Shown: in pieces, positions 11,810-28,766 of the stretch
How the letters are laid out: every line of letters begins with the position of its first letter
Position numbering within the stretch: the first letter of the stretch is position 1
Position numbers and translations under genes: made by a program
Notes under the pieces: generated by a model
Told to the model about the DNA's origin: nothing
The model's input: the letters and a program-made list of their open reading frames with translations, nothing else
Database searches by the model: none
DNA from: Dictyostelium discoideum
Lineage: Eukaryota
Reading direction: 5' to 3'
DNA length: 64,000 bases
Assembly: GCA_000004695.1 (NCBI GenBank)
Contig: CM000155.2
Location: 3,200,001 to 3,264,000 of the forward strand

Positions 11810-12687
11810 TTAATTATCTATTATATTATTATCATAATAATAGTTATTATTCCTATTTAATAATAATTCCCTTTTTTCTTCTTCATCATCTAAATAATAT
11901 TGATTAATAAGTAAATAGTCAAATGATGACTTTCTATTTCTTCTTTTTAAAATTACAACTGTTAATAATAAAGCAACACAAATGATACCAATGGCACTAA
12001 TAGTCACAGCTAATATAGTGTTTTTGTAACTCTTTTTACCACTACCTCCACCATTACCATTACCATTATCATTACTATTATTTGGAGCATCAGGATCTGG
12101 ACAAATATCACTATTTGTTAAAGTTACATTTTTATCAGTTGATATTGAGAATACACAACCATCACAATCAAAACACCATTCTAATTTATTATTTTTATTT
12201 TTACTATTATCACTACTACCAATTGAATTATTATCACCACTACCACCACCACTACTACTACTATTTGAATTACTATCATCATCATCACTACTATTTGTAT
12301 TATTTGATTTATTCCAACCAATTTTATCATTTGATGGTGAATCAATATAAACAGTTGAGTATTCACCACCTATTGGATTATCTGATTCAATTTTACTATC
12401 AATTAATGTTAAATTACTATTAACAATATGAATTAAATTTTGATTATTAAAATTTGCTTTTGAAATTATTCCACTATTATTATTATTACTATTACTATTG
12501 ATATTATTTATAATATTATTATTATTTAAAATTAAATTTATATTTTTAATATTTATAATTGAATAATTAAAATTTATATTATATGGCATTATATTAATGA
12601 ATTGATTAGAATAAAATAAGACATTTGCTTTTTCAGTTTTATTTTCACAATCTAATATAATGAAACCATTTATATTTTCATTGAAAC

Positions 12688-12760
<73 letters not shown>

Positions 12761-13777
12761 ATCACTATTATTGAGTTGTTGTAATCTTTGTTCTAATAAT
12801 TCAAGTTGTGGTTGTGGTTGTGGTAATATTAAATTATTATTGAAATTACTGAATTCGATTAACATATTTTCATTACTAAAATCAATTAGGTCATTATTAT
12901 TATTAATATGGTTAATAAAACTACCATTACTATTTGAATGATTATAATTACTTATTATGGTTGGTGAATTTATTAATGTAATGAATGAGAAATTATTAGT
13001 GGTAATATTATTAGTTGAACAATTTGAAATTGTAAGTGAGGATTGATTTAAATGGAAAAATGTATTATTCATTGATAAATTTATAAATGTACTTGTTTTC
13101 ACTGAAATTGAAGTTTGTTTTAATTTTATTGGCATTATTAAATTATTTAATTTAGTTAAATAATTAAAATTTTCAAATTTACAATTATTTAAATTTATTG
13201 AATTTAGTGTTTTATTAATTGAATTATTATCATTACTATCATTATTTGATATTATTGGGTAAGATATTAAAATTTCATTTGAATGATTATTAAAATTGGT
13301 ATTTATAAAATCTATATTATTATTTATAGTTTCCATATATAATATTGGAGTTATCCAATTATTAAAATTAATATTATTTATAGTTATATTTAGTGAAATT
13401 GATTTAGTGGTTGTTGAATTATTGGAATTATCATTTATTAAATTTAAAAATGGTTGTTTTTTACTTTGAATTATTGTAGTACCAAATGTTTCATTACCAT
13501 TTATAGTAATTATATTATTATTATTATTATTATTATTTTGAATATAGTAATTATTTAATAATTCTTCAATATGGTAATCTTTACATTCTTTATTTTTTAA
13601 ATTTAATATAATTTCACCACTATAATCGGAACCACTATTACTATTACTAGAAGAGGAAGAAGGATTTATTCCTCCATTAATTATATCCCTACAATCAATA
13701 TCGAATGTAATTGATGATATAATAATATTTATAAAATTAATAACTATAAAAATAATTATTATTATTTTTGATAACAT
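11810..13777 (-). CDS. Asn-rich type I membrane glycoprotein: N-terminal signal peptide, many NxS/T sites, one C-terminal TM helix, short basic tail. Function unknown
   Basis: 655-aa ORF. The N-terminus MLSKIIIIIFIVINFINIIISS is hydrophobic. The C-terminus has ILAVTISAIGIICVALLLTVVIL followed by KRRNRKS. Contains an (AAT)n-encoded poly-N run near 12690..12760. Confidence 0.6.
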
Positions 13778-13935
13778 CTTTTATTTTTATAATTATTTTT
13801 TATTTTGTTTTATTTTTATTATTATTTTTTTTATTTTTTATTTTTATTTTTATTATTATTGTTTTTTTTTTTTCTTATTTATTTTCCTATTTAATTTTTT
13901 TATTTTAATTATTTAATTTATTTATTTTTGTTTTG

Positions 13936-13943
13936 TTTTGTTC

Positions 13944-14040
<97 letters not shown>
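13936..14040. repeat. (TTA)n microsatellite, ~35 units
   Basis: Perfect trinucleotide array. Explains the spurious ORFs 13928..14146 and 13938..14126. Confidence 0.95.
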
Positions 14041-14041
<1 letters not shown>

Positions 14042-14667
14042 TTTTTACTTTGTTATAGTGAAATGTTTATTTTTGTTTACTATTTTTATTCAATATTATT
14101 TTACAGTTTTATTCTTTTGTTATTGATATTACTGTTATATATCTAATGTGTGAGTGTGTTTATTATTTTTTTTTTTTTTTTATTATTATTATTATTTATT
14201 TTTATTTTTTATTTTTATTTTTTTTTCGTGGGTGGGACTTAGAATAATAAAATACAAAAATTAAAAACAAAAATAAAAAAAAAAAAAAAAAAAAAACAAA
14301 AAACAAAAACAAAAAAACAAAAATTTAGGTGTTTTTTTTTTTCGCTTTAAATTTTCAAAAAAAAAAAAAAAAGATATTTATTTTAAGAATTTTTTTAAAA
14401 GATATTTTTTTAATGACGTAGAAGATCTTCTATCAAAATTAATTTAAATTTATACCTTCCAAAGAAAATTATAAAAATCCAATTAGATATTAAAGAAAAA
14501 AAAAAAAAAAAAAAAAAAAGAGAAATTGTTCTGTTCATTTTGGTTTTATCATTTATTTTAAAAATTGAAATTGCCTTAAAAATTTTATATATAAATATAT
14601 TTAATTTTTTTTTTTTTTTATTTGGGAAAATATTAAGATGTTTAAATTGGGAAAATATTTTAGTATT

Positions 14668-14698
<31 letters not shown>

Positions 14699-14753
14699 TT
14701 AATTTATTTTTGGAAGTGTTCAAAAAAAAAAAAAAAATTTTTTAATAAAAGTA

Positions 14754-14779
14754 ATACTGCCATGATATCATGGCAGTAT
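14754..14779. repeat. 26-bp perfect palindrome atactgccatgatatcatggcagtat, ~600 bp upstream of the RhoGAP start
   Basis: Read directly. A GC-containing island in an otherwise A/T homopolymer-rich promoter region. Confidence 0.8.
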
Positions 14780-15376
14780 AATATAAAAAAAACTGAAATT
14801 TTTATCCTTTGATACCTTTATAATTTTTATTCTAATGATTAAATTAATTTAAAACCAAAGTGATTGAATAAAAATAAGTCATGGGAAAAAGTTAAGAATT
14901 TAAAAAGATCAATTTGACCAAATTGTTAAAAAAAATATAAAAAAAAAAGTTATAGATATTAACTCAATGTTAAATATCTTTTTTTTTTTAAAAAAATTTT
15001 TTTTTTTTTTTTTTTTAATTAATTTTATTATAATTCCACCTTTTTTTTTTTTTTTTTTTTTTTTTTTGAAAATTTTCACTTTTTTTTTTTTTTTTTTTGT
15101 TTTTTCATTGTAATTGTCTGAAATAATAATAACCAATCAATAATAATTATCATAAAAAAAAAAAAAAAAAGATTTTATATATTTATATATCTAATTTAAA
15201 ACTTTTTTTTAAATTAACCAATTGTATTTTTAAAATTTTGTATTTATAAAATAACATACTTTTTTTTTTTTTTTTTTTTTCATTCCACCACAAAACCAAC
15301 CGATTTTTTTTTTTTCAAATAAACCCAAAAAAAAAAAACAAAAAAAAATATAACAAAAAATAAACCAAATCAAACA

Positions 15377-19117
<3,741 letters not shown>

Positions 19118-19229
19118 ATTAAAATTTTAAATAAATAAATAAATAAAAAATTATGTAAAACCAAAATAATAATAATAATAATAATAATAATAATTATTAT
19201 TTATATATATTTTTTTCTACTATATTATT

Positions 19230-19898
19230 TTATTGTGACGATTTTAAAAAAGGATTATTGATAACAGGATTTATATTTTCTTTTTGATCATTATTTGAAA
19301 GAAAAGTTTTTCTTTTTTTTAAAAGTTCACCTTCATTTAATTGTAATTGATTTAATAATGAACCAGTGAAACTTGTTTGTGTATTATTATTATTACTAAT
19401 ATTATTATTTAATGGTTCATTTGATAAATTTCTTTTTAATTTACTTGAATTTTTAATAGGTGATGATAATTTACAGTTATTATTATTATTATTTGTATTT
19501 ACAGTTTTTAATGGTGATTTTTTAATTATGTTAATATTACTACTATTATTATTAATATTATTATTATTATTATTACTATTATTATTTATTTCAGTTATCC
19601 AAGGATGATTTAAAGCTTGTTCAACAGTTAATCTTTTATCAGGATCAACAGTTAATAAACCTTTAACCAAATCAGCTGCACTACTTGAAATTAATGACTT
19701 TTCTAATTTTTCAACTCTATAATTTCCAGAAACAATTTTTTCAAAAAGTTGTGGTGTTGACATTTCTTCATCATCATCATCATCAAAAGGTGGTGTACCA
19801 CATAAACTATAATAATAAATTAAGATTTTTTGTGTTAGTTTTAAAACTTTAATTATTATTTGTGTATTTTTTTATTTTTTATTATCAATTATAAATAA

Positions 19899-19970
<72 letters not shown>

Positions 19971-21284
19971 ATACACAATATATAAAATTGCACCTAATGA
20001 CCAAGCATCACAAGATTTACCATAACCAACTGAATTAATATCTTTTGTAGGTGATTGACTACTACTACTACTATTAGTTCCATATTTATTTTTATGATGT
20101 AATGATAAAATTACTTCAGGAGCAACATATAACGGTGAACCACATAAAGTTTTGGCCAATTCTCCTTCATGAATGAATCTTGCTAAACCAAAATCAGTGA
20201 TTTTAATCTTTAAATAATCATCACCATATGAATCAAATAAAATATTCTCTGGCTTTAAATCTCTATGTGCAATACCTTTACTATGAAGATATGAAACTGC
20301 ATTTAAAATTTGTTTGAATATAAATTTCGATTGATTTTCATTTAATAATGGTTCATTAAATCCAATTTTATTATATAATTCACCACCATTTGCTCTGTTT
20401 TTTTTTTTTTTTTGTAAAATTTTTAAAAAAATTAAATATTAGTAATTTTAATTTATAATTTATAATTTATAATAATTTATAATAATTTATAATAATTACA
20501 ATTCTAAAATAAAAAATAATTGTTGATCTTTTGTATAAAATATATCATAAATTTCAACAACATTTTCATGATTTATAAATTTTAAAATTTCAATTTCTCT
20601 ATTTAATTGTGATTTAAATTTTGGAGTATGTGTATTAATTTTTGATAGATTTAAATGTTTAATTGCAACCCTTTTACCAGTATTTTTATTAACACCTTCA
20701 TATACGACACTAAAATTACCAGATCCTAATTCCTTGATAAAATCATAATCTTTTAATATATCATCTTTAATATCTTTTCTTTCCCAAATATATTGTGCAG
20801 TACCACTATTATTTAAATTATTTGTTGATGATGATAATAATAATTGATTTGAATAATTTGATTTATAAAGAAATGAAATATCAATTTCTTTTGTTGATTT
20901 ACCTAAACAAAGTTTATCACCATTTTTAAGTAATCTAGATTTACCTTTACCAATTAATTTACCATTTATAAATGTACCATTGGTACTTTGATCTTGAATC
21001 ATTAATAAACCATAGTTAGTATTACCATTTTCGATTGCATCAGCTCTTGTTATTATACAATGTTTACCACTAACTATTAATTCTGGTACTACAATATTAC
21101 ATGTTTTACTTCTACCAATTGTAATATTTTCTTCAATTTTAATTTTAACATGAATATTACTTGATATCTCTTGATTCAATGATACTAATAATCCAATATC
21201 ATTCTCATCAATTGGTGTTGAACTTAATTCTGATGGTGGTGTTGATTTATTTGGTGTTGATGGTATATAATTTGTTTGTGACAT
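19230..21284 (-). CDS. FHA-domain Ser/Thr protein kinase (Chk2/Rad53-like, Dictyostelium fhk family), 3 exons
   Basis: Exons approx 21284..20500, 20394..19975 and 19806..19230 (donors GTAATT and GTATGT). FHA domain: [24 protein letters not shown]...[23 protein letters not shown]. Kinase subdomains: [15 protein letters not shown]|[46 protein letters not shown]|VLCGTPPF, HPWI. An (ATT)n intron separates kinase subdomains IX and X. Confidence 0.8.
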
Positions 21285-21805
21285 TTTATTATTATTACTA
21301 TTATTATTACTATTATTATTATTATCTATTACAATTATTTTAATGTTAAAATAAATTAAATTAAAAAAAAAAAAAAAAAAAACAAAAATAATTAAAAAAA
21401 AAGTTATTTTGTAAATTGTGCCTTCTTATAAATTGTATAATTCCGCTAAAAAAAAAAATAAAAAAATAAAAAAGGCGCAAATTTTTTTTTTTTAATTTTT
21501 TATTATTAATTTCCATAAAAAAAAAAAATATATATAACCTCCACTGTTCGAGATTTATTAATGTTATTATTGGAAAAATAAAATTTTTAAAAATAATTAT
21601 AATAATAATAAAAAATATAAAATTAAAAAATCTTTCCAATAATATAAATTTCTTGGCCAATTGAAAAATAAAAAAAAAAAAAAAATAAAAAAAATAAAAA
21701 TAAATGATTAAAACTTAAGTTTCATTTGATATTTAATGAAATTAAAATTTGATGAAAATTTAAACAATTGATTAAAAAGGTGTTGGTTAATTTAAAATAT
21801 TTTTT

Positions 21806-23129
21806 TTATTTTGTTAAAAATTCCTCCTTTAAAAAGTGGTTACAAAAATCATTCAACATCCATTTATATTGATTACTATGTTTTCTATGATTTCTAATTG
21901 TTGATTCTTTAATTGAAGTTTCATAAATTGCAAAATTTCTTTTAACAGTTTCACCATATGTAAATGTTTTATTATTTTCATTCTTATTATTATTATTATT
22001 ATTATTATTTTGATTATTAACTGAAATTGAGGGTAATTTAAAAGTATACATTTTTCTAATGATTTTTGATTGAGGAGTATCAGAAACATCAATGATTTCT
22101 AAACAAATGAAACCATGATTTTGAGCAGCCAATTCTAAATCTATTGCAGGATCAGGTACAGAAACTATGGTAGTGAATAAACCAATATCAGGACGTAATA
22201 AACGTTTAACCGATTGTACCAAATCATCCATAGTTAAAGTATGAGTATGTCTTGCAACTCTTCTATTCTCTTGCATATTACTAACCACTAAATCATTGAC
22301 TGGATCAGTTGGAAAATAAGGTGGTGCACTAATAATTAAATCATAATAACCATCAACTGATGGTGTATATGATTTACCTTGTTTTAATAATAATGGTATT
22401 GTAATTTCATTCTTTTCTAAATCAATACCATGAACATGTTTTAAAATAACATTATTAACACTATCATCATCCTTATTATCATTATTAGTGGGAATGATGA
22501 AATTATTTGGTTTAAAATCTTGAATTGCTGTATGAAATAAATAATTTCTATCAGTTATTGATTTACCTTGTTTAAAGATTGTATCTATATTAATTTTAGC
22601 TTGAGCTATTGCTGAATCATCGATATCAATTGAATTTATAATTGATTTTCTAAATCTTTGTCCCATCATGATACTTAGGACATTTGTACCTGTACCAATA
22701 TCTAAAATATATTTTGGCCAATTTTCATTTCCTTCTTCCTCTTCATCATAGTTTATAATTTCATTATGATTTTTACCTTGGTTATAATCATATGGTGTAT
22801 CTGGTTCTTCAAATACTAATTTATTTAATTGATTATTTTTACTATTTTCATTTCCTTTTAATAAATTATATGGTTTATATTTTGAAATACATGTATATCC
22901 TGCTACTAAAAGTGCACTTTTATTATTATTATTTTAAAAATTATTAATACATATAATAAAAAAAAAAATATTTAAAATATAATTTAGATACTTACTCTGT
23001 ACCAACTTTTTGTCCAATACTAAGTTCTTGATTAATTATATACTCTTTAAAAACAAATTGCCCTTTGTTTCTTTTCTTTTTCTCGACTGGTGTTGGTGGT
23101 GTTGGTGTTGTTGTTTCGATTTCACTCAT
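21806..23129 (-). CDS. SAM-dependent methyltransferase, METTL16/RlmF-like, 2 exons
   Basis: Exons approx 23129..22996 and 22916..21806 (donor GTAAGT, phase 2). Product MSEIETTTPTPPTPVEKKKRNKGQFVFKEYIINQELSIGQKVGT|DALLVAGYTCISKY...ILDIGTGTNVLSIMMGQRF...YDLIISAPPYF. The DIGTG motif I and the (N/A)PP(F/Y) motif IV, and their spacing, resemble METTL16 (DIGTGASCIYPLLG...CNPPFF). Confidence 0.6.
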
Positions 23130-23808
23130 TTCTTTAAAAAAAAAAATAATGAAAAAAAAAAAAAAAATAATGAAAAAAATAAAATAAAAAATTAAAAAAA
23201 AAAAAAAAAAATCGAAAAATGCAAAGTTGCTTGGAAAATAAGAAATAATTTAAATTTACGATAATATGTACAAAAAAGGATTTATTTTTTTTATTTTTTA
23301 TTTTTTTTTTTAATCTTATGTTGGATTTCAACAGAGAATTAATAATTGGTTTTTTTTCTTTGGCAATGTCGGGAAAAGTGATATTTTTTTTTTTTTTTTT
23401 TTTTGATTAAATGATTATTTTTAACTTTTTTTTTTTTTTTTTTTAATTATATTTTTAAACTTGATATTAATAATTTTGATAAATATTTATCAAATGTATT
23501 TAAAAATTTATTATCTTGAATTGCTTTTATTATTTTTGAGGAATCATTACTATTATAATTTGTATGATCTCTATAAATAGTTTCGTTATTTAAATTGTTT
23601 TTGTTTGAATTTAATAAACTTTGTTGTTCATAGGGTTGGGCCATTTTCCAAAAAAAAATTATTTATTTATTTTAAATTTTTTTTTATTTAAAAATTTATT
23701 TATTTTAAAAATTTTTTTAAAATTTTAAATTTTTTTTTAAATTATTTTTTTAATACTGGTAGAAAATTTTATTATTTTTTTATTTGAATAAATTTAGTAA
23801 TTGAAGCC

Positions 23809-23848
<40 letters not shown>

Positions 23849-24776
23849 TTAAAAAATATGTTTTAAAAAAATAAAAAAAAAAAATAAAAAAAAAAATTTA
23901 ATTAAAATAGGTCCTCTCCATGAAGACTCTGGAATAATATATTATTAACCATGATGTGATTAAGAGACATGGGGTTTCTTTTCGACCACAGTGAAATTTT
24001 TATGAAAACTCATTTTGATTTGTTTTTTTTTTTTTTTAATTTTTTAATTTTTTTTTTTTTTTTTAATTTAATTTTTTAATTTATGGTTTTGATTATAATT
24101 CGCTGGTGTGGTGTAAATAGCAAAACATAAACACCATAAAATCTTTAAATAATATGTGAGATAATATAATGAATGATTAAAACATAGATGCACCAATAAT
24201 TGTTGGTTAGTGGTTAAGCTGGTTGTGATATGCAGTTAATTAAAAAAAAAAATTATTAATTTAACAATATGTTATTTTTTTTTTTCTTTTTTTTTTTTTT
24301 ACATAAATATGCACAAATTAATTTTCTTCAATTATTATTATTTATTTTAATGTCTGATAAGATATTATTAAAATAATTTTAAAATTTTAAATATCAGTTG
24401 ATTATAATAAAAAAATATGTTTAAAAAAAAAAAAATATCAACTTTATGTAATATAACAGTAACCCTCCTTTTTTGTAATATCAAAATCGCAAGTAGTTCA
24501 TAAAAAAAAAAAAATAATAACAATAAAAAAAAAATAACAATAAAAAATAAAAAAAAAAAAAAAATAACAATAAAAAAAAAATAAAAATAATAGATACAAA
24601 TTTTTAGCAAACACTACATATACACACTTTTATAATTTTTTTATTTTTATTTATTATTATTATTATTATTATTTTTTTTTTTTTTTTTTTTTATGGTTTT
24701 TAAATAATAATAATATATTATTTAACAAATAAAATGAACTTTTAATATTATTTTGTATTTTTAAAAAAAAAACAAA

Positions 24777-26500
24777 ATGTATCGTTTTATTAAAACTATT
24801 ACTTTAATAATAATAATAATATTTTTATTTTCTATTAACCTTATAAAAAGTGATCAAAAAGGTAAGGAATTAATAAATTTGTATATAAAAAAAACAAAAA
24901 AAAAAAAAAAAAATATATATATTTATTCTAATATAATTAATTGTATTAAAAAAAAAAAAATATAGAAAAACCAAAATCTTTTAAATCAATTTATTCAAGT
25001 TATTTATTAAATAATAATAATAATAATAGTAATAATGAAAATTTAATTAAACAAACAAAAATTAAAAGTTCAATTAAAGAATTATCAGTTGGTATAATTG
25101 GAGCAGGCATTTGTGGATTATATTCAGCAATGATTTTACAAGATTTGGGTATAAATTATAAGATATTAGAAATTAGTAAAGAAAGAATCGGTGGTAGAAT
25201 TTATTCACATAGATTCTCTGATCAAGTCAATGATTATTCTGAACTTGGTGCAATGAGAATACCAATTATTCCAATAATGGATAGACTAGTTTCAAATGAA
25301 AGTTGGTCATTATTTTCTAAACTTTTAAAATCAGGTCACCCAATTAAAACTTATCCATTCATATTATCATCAAATAATACTATAACTTATTTTAATGGTA
25401 AAAGAGTTTATTCAATTTTACCATCATCAACCAATAATGAAACTAAAAATCCAATGTCTGGTGATCCATTTGATTTTAGTGATTCAAAAAATGGTGGTAA
25501 AGGTGGTGGTATACCAGATGAGTATGCTCAAAAACCATATGGAGATTTAACAAAATCTTTAATAACACCATTTATTAAAAATTTAACAATTGATTTTGAT
25601 AATGCTTTTAAAAGTATTTTAGAAATTGATAATTATTCAACTAGAGAATATTTAAAAAAGTTTGCTAATTTACCAAATTCTGTTGTATGTATATACGTAT
25701 ATATTTTTTTTTTTAAACACATATTAATTAATTTTTTTTTTTTTTTTTTTTTATTTTTTTTTTTTTTTTATAATTTTAAATAAAAGATTAATTATCTTGA
25801 AACATTATCAGGTAATACAGGTCAATATGAAAATTCATATGTTGAATCAATATTATCAACATTTGATTTTAGTGGTAAAGATTGGATTGGTATTGAAGGT
25901 GGTACTGATAATTTAATTAAATCAATTTCTAAAATTTTAAAGAATAAAATAGAAATGGGACAAGAGGTTATAAAAATTTCAAAATCATTAGATCATAATG
26001 GTGATATTAATGGTTTAATTGTTGATGTTTTAAATGATCATTCACCAACACCATCACCATCATCATCATCCTCCTCAACAACATCAACAATAAATAAAAA
26101 TCAATTTAATTTTAAACATGTTATTTCAACAACAACATTATCAGCATTACAAAGAATTGATACAAGTGATTTAAATTTATCATTAAAACAAAGATTAGGT
26201 ATTCGTTCACTTCATTATAGTGTTGCAATAAAAGTTGCAATTAAATTTAAATATCGTTGGTGGGAAGATTTTCAATTTATGAATGGTAAACCAATTAAAG
26301 GTGGTAGATCTTCAACTGATCTTCCAATTAGATCTATAGTTTATCCTTCTTATGGAATTGGTAAAAATTCAACTGGTGTTTTAATTGCAAGTTATGTTGG
26401 TGGTCAAGATGCACTTAGAGTAAATATTATTATACATACATACATACATACATACATACATACATACATACATACATACATACATACATACATACATACA

Positions 26501-26531
<31 letters not shown>

Positions 26532-27130
26532 TTAAATCATAATTATTAATAGTTTTATTTAATAATAATAATAATAATAGCTTGGTAGTTTAGTTGGTTC
26601 AGTTGAAAAAGAAAAAAGATTAATAAGAATATGTTTAGAAAATCTTGCTGAAATTCATGATGTTGATGTAAATATCTTAAGAAAATTATATAAAACACAT
26701 AAATGTATGCATTGGTCAAATGATGAAAATGTAACTATAAATTTATCTTTTTATGTATTTAGAAAAAAAAAAAAAAAATAATTAACATTATTTTATTGTT
26801 ATTATTATTTAAAAGGCATCAGGAGCATATGGATTATATTGGCCATCACAATTTTTAGAATTTTATCCAAGTTTAACTAAACCATCAACAGATGGTAGAT
26901 TTCATATCTCAGGTGAATCAACTAGTATTCATCATGCTTGGATTATTGGTGCTCTCAATAGTGCATATAGATCAGTTGATAGAATTTTAAGACAAGAAAA
27001 CCTCTTACAATTAAGATCAAAATTAATTGAAAATTGGGGAACAATTGAAAAAGTTGAAGATCCTTCATTACCTTTAAATTGGTTTGAAAATGATAATTTC
27101 AATCGTAATTTATTTAAAAATAATAGTAAT

Positions 27131-27189
<59 letters not shown>

Positions 27190-27220
27190 AAATTATATAT
27201 TTAGTGATTTTAAACATTAA
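24777..27220 (+). CDS. Secreted flavin-containing amine oxidase / L-amino-acid-oxidase-like protein, 5 exons, about 663 aa
   Basis: Exons approx 24777..24861, 24966..25684, 25787..26419, 26581..26730 and 26816..27220. Signal peptide MYRFIKTITLIIIIIFLFSINLIKS. FAD-binding GxGxxG: VGIIGAGICGLYSAMILQDLG...ISKERIGGRI. C-terminal FAD motif HWSNDEN|ASGAYGLYWPSQFLEFYPSLTKPSTDGRFHISGESTSIHHAWIIGALNSAYRSV aligns to snake and fungal LAAO (HDWSLDKYAMGG...[26 protein letters not shown]). Confidence 0.8.
26441..26530. repeat. (ATAC)n tetranucleotide microsatellite (~22 units) inside intron 3 of the oxidase gene
   Basis: acatacatac... read directly. Explains the IHTYIHTY tail of ORF 25955..26542. Confidence 0.95.
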
Positions 27221-27299
27221 AAATAAACAATAAAAACCAGATTTGACTTTATCGAAAAACCAATTATATAATGTATTTTATTTAATTTATTCATTTATT

Positions 27300-27560
27300 A
27301 AGTCTTTTAGAGAGAATGTGGTTTAAATTTTTTATAGGACCAAGTAAATGCAGCACACCCATACGGTCATCTCTTTTTCAAGTCTGTCTATTTACTCAAA
27401 AACTCAGTTCAACAACTGGCACTTCAACTATAACACTCATTCAAAAATCAACGAGTCTCATGCCTAACCAGATAATAGTATACCAAATGTGGTTGAGAGG
27501 AAAACATCTAGTTTGGAATCTTGTAATGCAACTAGTGCTAAAAATAAAAAATTAAAAGTC
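27300..27560. other. ~260-bp GC-richer island just 3' of the oxidase gene. Identity unknown (ncRNA, TE/LTR remnant or 3'UTR element)
   Basis: Composition (about 40% GC) contrasts sharply with the flanks. The contained 79-aa ORF 27316..27555 uses non-Dictyostelium-like codons, so a protein gene is unlikely. Confidence 0.25.
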
Positions 27561-27955
27561 AAGGTTTTACAAAAAAAAAAAAAAAAAAAAATAGAGCACG
27601 AAAATCTAGGGTAATTTTTTTTATTTTTCATATATTTTATAATATTAAAATAAGTTATTGGTTCCCACCTTAAAAAAATATCTAAAAATATAATAAAAAA
27701 ATAAATTTTACACTTTTTGACTGGCATTGAGTTTTATTCGGTTGAAAAATGAAATTTTAATTTCGGTTAAAAACAGATTTGAAAAAAAAAATAAGATTCG
27801 AATCTTATTTTTTTTTTTGCGTGTTTCTAAAAAATGAATTCCTTCTTTTTTTTTTTATTTTTTTTTTATTTAAACTATATTCCCTACTTTTTTTTTTTTT
27901 TTTTATTATTTTATTATTTTGTTTTTTAAATTTCTTTTTTTATAAAAAAAAAAAA

Positions 27956-28723
27956 ATGAAATATAAAATTAGATTATTAATATTTTATGTTTTTTCTTTA
28001 TTTTGTTTTGTTAATTGTCAAACAAAATATAATATTATAAATGCCAATCCATCAGAAATAAATTTATATCCTTCACCAATTTCTCAATCTTCTTGTAGTT
28101 TTAAAATTATATTATTGGTTGTAAATGTCCTTGATCAAACAGGACCACCACCTTCTATTACAATTAATATTGATGAAAATAATCAAATAGAATCAAAACC
28201 AATTAATCAAAATGAAACATCTGCTTTATATTTTGAGATTTTCTCAAGAATGGATGGTTCTTATCCAATTAATGTAACAATACCAAATGATTCAAATTCT
28301 TTATTAATTAATTTTACATGTGATTGTAAGTGTTTTTTTAAAATTGAAATAAAAATAAAAATTAAAATAAAAATAAAAATAAAATAAATCAAATTTCTCA
28401 CCGTCATTTTTTTTTTTTTTTTCAATAGATGCTGATGTTTCAAAACTATCAGTAAGTTTTATTGATGAATTATCATTTAATGAAGTTTCATTATTTTCAA
28501 CAGTTTTCAAAATTAATGGATTACTTCGTCCATTATCATTTGAAAATAGTGATCCATCATTTTCAATCGTTCAATTACCAAATACAGATTTGTACAGAAT
28601 TCAATTTTCTCATAGTTTTATTATTTTACAAACAACATCAAATTGGTTAGTTGAAACACCTTTTATGAATGGTCAAACCTTTTCATTCTATGTAACATAT
28701 AAAAATGGTATTTATTAATATAT

Positions 28724-28766
<43 letters not shown>

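Noticed and set aside
12082-12423. Plus-strand ORFs (12082..12423, 12181..12369) inside the Asn-rich membrane protein gene
   Set aside because: They are antisense or alternate-frame readings of the (AAT)n/(ATT)n coding repeat (H/Y/N runs). This is a shadow of the real minus-strand gene.
13928-14146. ORFs made of poly-I / poly-L
   Set aside because: Pure (TTA)n microsatellite translated in two frames.
21853-22092. ORF 21853..22092 (minus strand, alternate frame) inside the METTL16-like gene
   Set aside because: It overlaps the supported frame of the same strand. It is an A/T-rich alternate-frame artefact.
23930-24240. Possible box C/D snoRNA in the GC-richer patch of the METTL16-like/oxidase intergenic region (ATGATGT ... 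TTGA)
   Set aside because: Box D (CUGA) and a terminal stem are not convincingly present. It is more likely promoter or 5'UTR sequence of one of the two divergent genes.
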